A model generated the notes under the pieces. It was not told the DNA's origin. It was given only the letters and a program-made list of their open reading frames with translations, and did not search any database. Below, in pieces: positions 60,787 through 64,000 of a stretch of 64,000 nucleotides of DNA. Source of the stretch: an uncultured Nitrospiraceae bacterium (GTDB lineage Bacteria > Nitrospirota > Thermodesulfovibrionia > Thermodesulfovibrionales > Dissulfurispiraceae); assembly GCA_963705105.1 (NCBI GenBank), contig CAVPIW010000014.1, forward strand, positions 32,001 to 96,000, in the 5' to 3' direction. The stretch's first letter is position 1; every line of letters starts with the position of its first letter. The translations under genes and the position numbers were made by a program.

Positions 60787-61032
60787 GTGAAAAGGCGGGG
60801 CGAAGCGCCTCAAAGCCTTGCTGAAGGCGACGATGATTATTGTAGGGTCTGCTCCCCGAGCAGACCGCTTCATCGATGTCGGGCCGTTCGGGGAACGGCC
60901 CCTACGCGATTTTATCCTTTGTGTCATCGACCATCGGCTTGAAACGCCGACTTTTGTGACGGTATAGGTGTCGCCGCACCAAGGTTTTCGGCGCATGCAC
61001 CCCGCCTTTCCGGAGGAGTCTGCCACGACATA
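60787..61032. repeat. Family A element with a complete GTAG REP doublet inserted (60842-60905)
   Basis: GTAG GGTCTGCTC ccc GAGCAGACC...GGGCCGTTC ggg GAACGGCCC CTAC lies between the family A arms. Confidence 0.82.
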
Positions 61033-61126
61033 TCCTTTTTCAAGGTCTCGCTGCTATTTTGGACGCGAGAGATGTCAAATGACTCTTCATCTGCTATAAT
61101 ATTCCAAAAAAATCAAGGAGGGTTCC

Positions 61127-62479
61127 ATGGCGCTTCAGGATCTGAAGGATATACTGGATATACGAAACGGTTCCCTTGTGCTCAAGGACAAACAGGCCTT
61201 GAGGGGCATGATGGACAGTGTCATCCAGGACGCCGTATTCGAGCCTGACGACGCGAGGCGCAAGGCCCTGTTCCTCATTGTGAAGGAGGCTGCCAAGGCC
61301 TTCGGCGCCGTCCCCGCATCCATCCAGGGTCTCTATGAGGAAATGGGCAGGGACTATCCCGGCTTCACCGTCCCGGCCATGAACATCAGGGGACTTACAT
61401 ATGACGTGGCGAGGGCCGTATTCCGGAAGGCGAAGGAGATGAATACGGCCGCCATGATTTTCGAGATCGCCCGTTCGGAGATCGGGTACACGAAACAGAG
61501 GCCTATTGAATACACGACGGTTGTGCTCGCAGCGGCGGTCAGAGAGGGGTATGAAGGGCCGGTCTTCGTGCAGGGGGACCATTTTCAGCTCGTCAGGAAA
61601 AATTTCATGAGCGATCCCGATGCCGAAACAGGATATGTGAAGGGGCTGATCGCCGAGGCGATCGACGCGGAATTCTATAACATCGACATCGACACCTCGA
61701 CCCTTGTGGACCTTGAAAAGCCGACGACAAAGGAACAGCAGCGGCCCAATTTCGAGAGGACGGCACTTCTCGCCGAGCATGTGCGGACCCTCGAGCCTGC
61801 GGGTGTCGACGTTTCGATCGGCGGCGAGATCGGCGAGATCGGCAGCAAGAACAGCACGCCCGAAGAGGCGAGGGCTTATCTCGAAGGTTTCAGGGAGACC
61901 TTCCCGGGCGGGAAAGGACTGAGCAAGCTCAGCGTCCAGACCGGCACGAGCCACGGCGGTGTCGTCCTGCCCGACGGAAGCCTCGCGAAGGTCAAGATCG
62001 ACTTCGAGACGCTCAAGGTGCTCTCCGAACTGGCGAGAAAGGAGTTCGGTCTGTCCGGCTGCGTGCAGCACGGCGCCTCGACACTGCCGGAGGACGCCTT
62101 CAACATGTTTCCGGAAACGGGGACCTCCGAGGTCCACCTCGCCACGGGATTCCAGAACATCATCTTCGACAGCGCCCACCTGCCTGCCGCTTTCAGAAAC
62201 GAGGTCTACGACATGATCGGTCGGGAGTTCGGCAAGGAGAAAAAGGAAGGGCAGACGGAAGAGCAGTTCTTTTACAGCACGAGGAAAAAGGGATTCGGTC
62301 CCGTCAAGAAGCAGTGGTGGCAGCTTCCGGAGAGCGTGAAAGGACCGATCATGAAGGAGCTGGAGGACAAGTTCGGCCTCCTCTTCGACAAGCTCCGGGT
62401 AAGAGATACTGTTGATATCGTCCGGCGGACGGTGACTCCCGTGGTCGTGAAAAAGTCCGTCGACCTCGGTGTCCTCTAA
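61127..62479 (+). CDS. Class II fructose/tagatose-bisphosphate aldolase-family protein
   Basis: VPAMN, QGDH, DTS, GGEIGEIG, GTSHGG, VQHGAS. Confidence 0.85.
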   Translation: MALQDLKDILDIRNGSLVLKDKQALRGMMDSVIQDAVFEPDDARRKALFLIVKEAAKAFGAVPASIQGLYEEMGRDYPGFTVPAMNIRGLTYDVARAVFRKAKEMNTAAMIFEIARSEIGYTKQRPIEYTTVVLAAAVREGYEGPVFVQGDHFQLVRKNFMSDPDAETGYVKGLIAEAIDAEFYNIDIDTSTLVDLEKPTTKEQQRPNFERTALLAEHVRTLEPAGVDVSIGGEIGEIGSKNSTPEEARAYLEGFRETFPGGKGLSKLSVQTGTSHGGVVLPDGSLAKVKIDFETLKVLSELARKEFGLSGCVQHGASTLPEDAFNMFPETGTSEVHLATGFQNIIFDSAHLPAAFRNEVYDMIGREFGKEKKEGQTEEQFFYSTRKKGFGPVKKQWWQLPESVKGPIMKELEDKFGLLFDKLRVRDTVDIVRRTVTPVVVKKSVDLGVL

Positions 62480-62485
62480 AACGCC

Positions 62486-63742
62486 ATGAACAAGAAAGAA
62501 AAAGATAAGGAAATTGTCGGAATTATCGTCGGTGGCGGGCCTGCGCCGGGTATCAACGGTGTCATCAGCTCGGCGACGATCGAGGCGGTCAATGAAGGGA
62601 AGAGCGTCATCGGTATCATGAACGGTTTCAAGAGCCTCTTCGACGGCAACAAAGCGGCGACAATCCCCCTCACCATCGATTGCGTGTCACGGATCCACAC
62701 CCAGGGCGGCTCGATCCTCCGGACGTCGAGGGATTATCCCGACCGGGTGAAGCAGAAATTCAAGGTGCTCATGGCGACCCTGCGGGACATCGGCGTAAAG
62801 TATCTCGTCACGATCGGAGGTGAGGGCACGCTCTTCATGGCGAACTGGATCGAAAAGGAGGCCCGGGGGACGATGAGCGTTGTCCATGTGCCGAAGACCA
62901 TCGACAACGATATCCCCCTGCCGGGCGGCAGATCGACCTTCGGATACCAGACGGCGCGGCACTGGGGTGTGGAGATCGTCAAGAACATGATGGAGGACGC
63001 CAAGACAACAGGCCGGTGGTACTTCATCAACACCATGGGGAGATACGCGGGACATCTCGCCCTTGGGATCGGAAAGGCCGCCGGTGCGACAACCACCCTG
63101 ATCGCCGAAGAGTTCGGCAACAAAGTCTCGATCAAGACGGTGGCCGACATCCTCACCGGATCGATCATCAAGAGGCTGTCCATGGGGAGGGACCACGGTG
63201 TCGCCGTCCTTGCAGAGGGCATCTCCGGCAAGCTCGACATAGAGGAACTCTCCCGCTACGAGCAGCTCGAGAAAGACGAAACGGGACGGATCCGTCTTTC
63301 CGAGATCCAGCTTGGAAGGGTCGTCAAGAACGTCGTCAAGAAGAACCTCGATTCGATGGGGATCAAAATCACCATCGTCGACAAGAATATCGGTTACGAG
63401 CTGCGGGCGGCCGATCCCATACCGACAGACGTGGAATATACGAGAAACCTGGGATACGGAGCCATTCGCTATCTCCTCATGGGGGGGACAGGCGCGATGA
63501 TCGTCTTTGACGAGGGGCATCTCAAGCCCGTCTCTTTCGTCGAGATGATCGATTACAAAACGGGGAAGGTAAAGGTGCGGACCGTCGACACCTCGTCGGC
63601 GACATATGAGGTGGGACGGAAATACATGATCCGCCTCGAGGCGGAAGACTTCGAGGGCGAGAACCTTGAGCGGCTTGCAAAGACGTCGCACCTGACGCCG
63701 GCGGAGTTCAGGAAACGCTTCCTCCCGGTCCTCTCGCCATGA
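62486..63742 (+). CDS. 6-phosphofructokinase (Pfp-like subfamily)
   Basis: GGGPAPGIN, GGSILRTSR, IGGEGT, PKTIDND, MGR, IGYELR. Confidence 0.9.
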   Translation: MNKKEKDKEIVGIIVGGGPAPGINGVISSATIEAVNEGKSVIGIMNGFKSLFDGNKAATIPLTIDCVSRIHTQGGSILRTSRDYPDRVKQKFKVLMATLRDIGVKYLVTIGGEGTLFMANWIEKEARGTMSVVHVPKTIDNDIPLPGGRSTFGYQTARHWGVEIVKNMMEDAKTTGRWYFINTMGRYAGHLALGIGKAAGATTTLIAEEFGNKVSIKTVADILTGSIIKRLSMGRDHGVAVLAEGISGKLDIEELSRYEQLEKDETGRIRLSEIQLGRVVKNVVKKNLDSMGIKITIVDKNIGYELRAADPIPTDVEYTRNLGYGAIRYLLMGGTGAMIVFDEGHLKPVSFVEMIDYKTGKVKVRTVDTSSATYEVGRKYMIRLEAEDFEGENLERLAKTSHLTPAEFRKRFLPVLSP

Positions 63743-63764
63743 CTCACCCAATGGTGTACACTTC

Positions 63765-63935
63765 CGCGGGGTGAAGCGCTCTGAAAGACAGTGTCAGTGT
63801 CAGTGTGAGTGTCAGTAAAGGGCTCACCTTTTCAGACATCGGCTTGAAACACCGTCTTCTGTGAAGGTTAATGTGTCGCCGCATCAAGGTTTTCGGCGCA
63901 TACACCCCGCCTTTCCCGCGGGCATATGCAGCAAT
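63765..63935. repeat. Family A variant element with hexamer tract
   Basis: gaagcgctctgaaagacagtgtcagtgtcagtgtgagtgtcag ... gtcgccgcatcaaggttttcggcgcatacaccccgcctttcc. Confidence 0.78.
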
Positions 63936-64000
63936 TCTGTTAACTCATTTGGTGTCGTAACCCGGGAATGGCCTCGATAAAGGCAATAGCGGATAGAAAC

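Overview
GC-rich bacterial chromosome segment. The gene content suggests an anaerobic diderm of Nitrospirota/Desulfobacterota type (inference only). (1) 1-13 kb, minus strand: a respiratory cluster encoding a secreted protein, a 1295-aa pentaheme cytochrome c with five FN3 domains, a Tat-exported type II DMSO-reductase-family enzyme (pNar/Pcr-like alpha, beta, EbdC-like heme b gamma), a chaperone, tatA and Moco genes. The alpha gene has an in-frame TAG and the beta gene a 1-bp frameshift. (2) 14-31 kb: PlpD-like patatin-Omp85, ChaN, a sigma54-preceded OFA transporter, PAS kinase, AmrS, dapA/dapF/lysA, aconitase, tRNA-Lys and tRNA-Glu. (3) 30.9-39.6 kb: an ~8.7-kb AT-richer island in tRNA-Glu with a 67-bp att repeat, tyrosine integrase, Xis, serine recombinase, an IS256 element with 8-bp TSD, a PEP-CTERM gene and two paralogous lipoproteins. 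(4) 41-45 kb: porCAB plus a GltD/DsrL-like flavoprotein-ferredoxin fusion. (5) 49-56 kb: a tandem duplication of secreted 'beads-on-a-string' cytochromes with about 10 and 8 monoheme domains (PgcA-like), both frameshifted. (6) 57-64 kb: AAA_14/DUF4143 ATPase, ComM/YifB, radical SAM, aldolase and PFK. Intergenic DNA is densely filled with at least four palindromic repeat families that nest inside one another.
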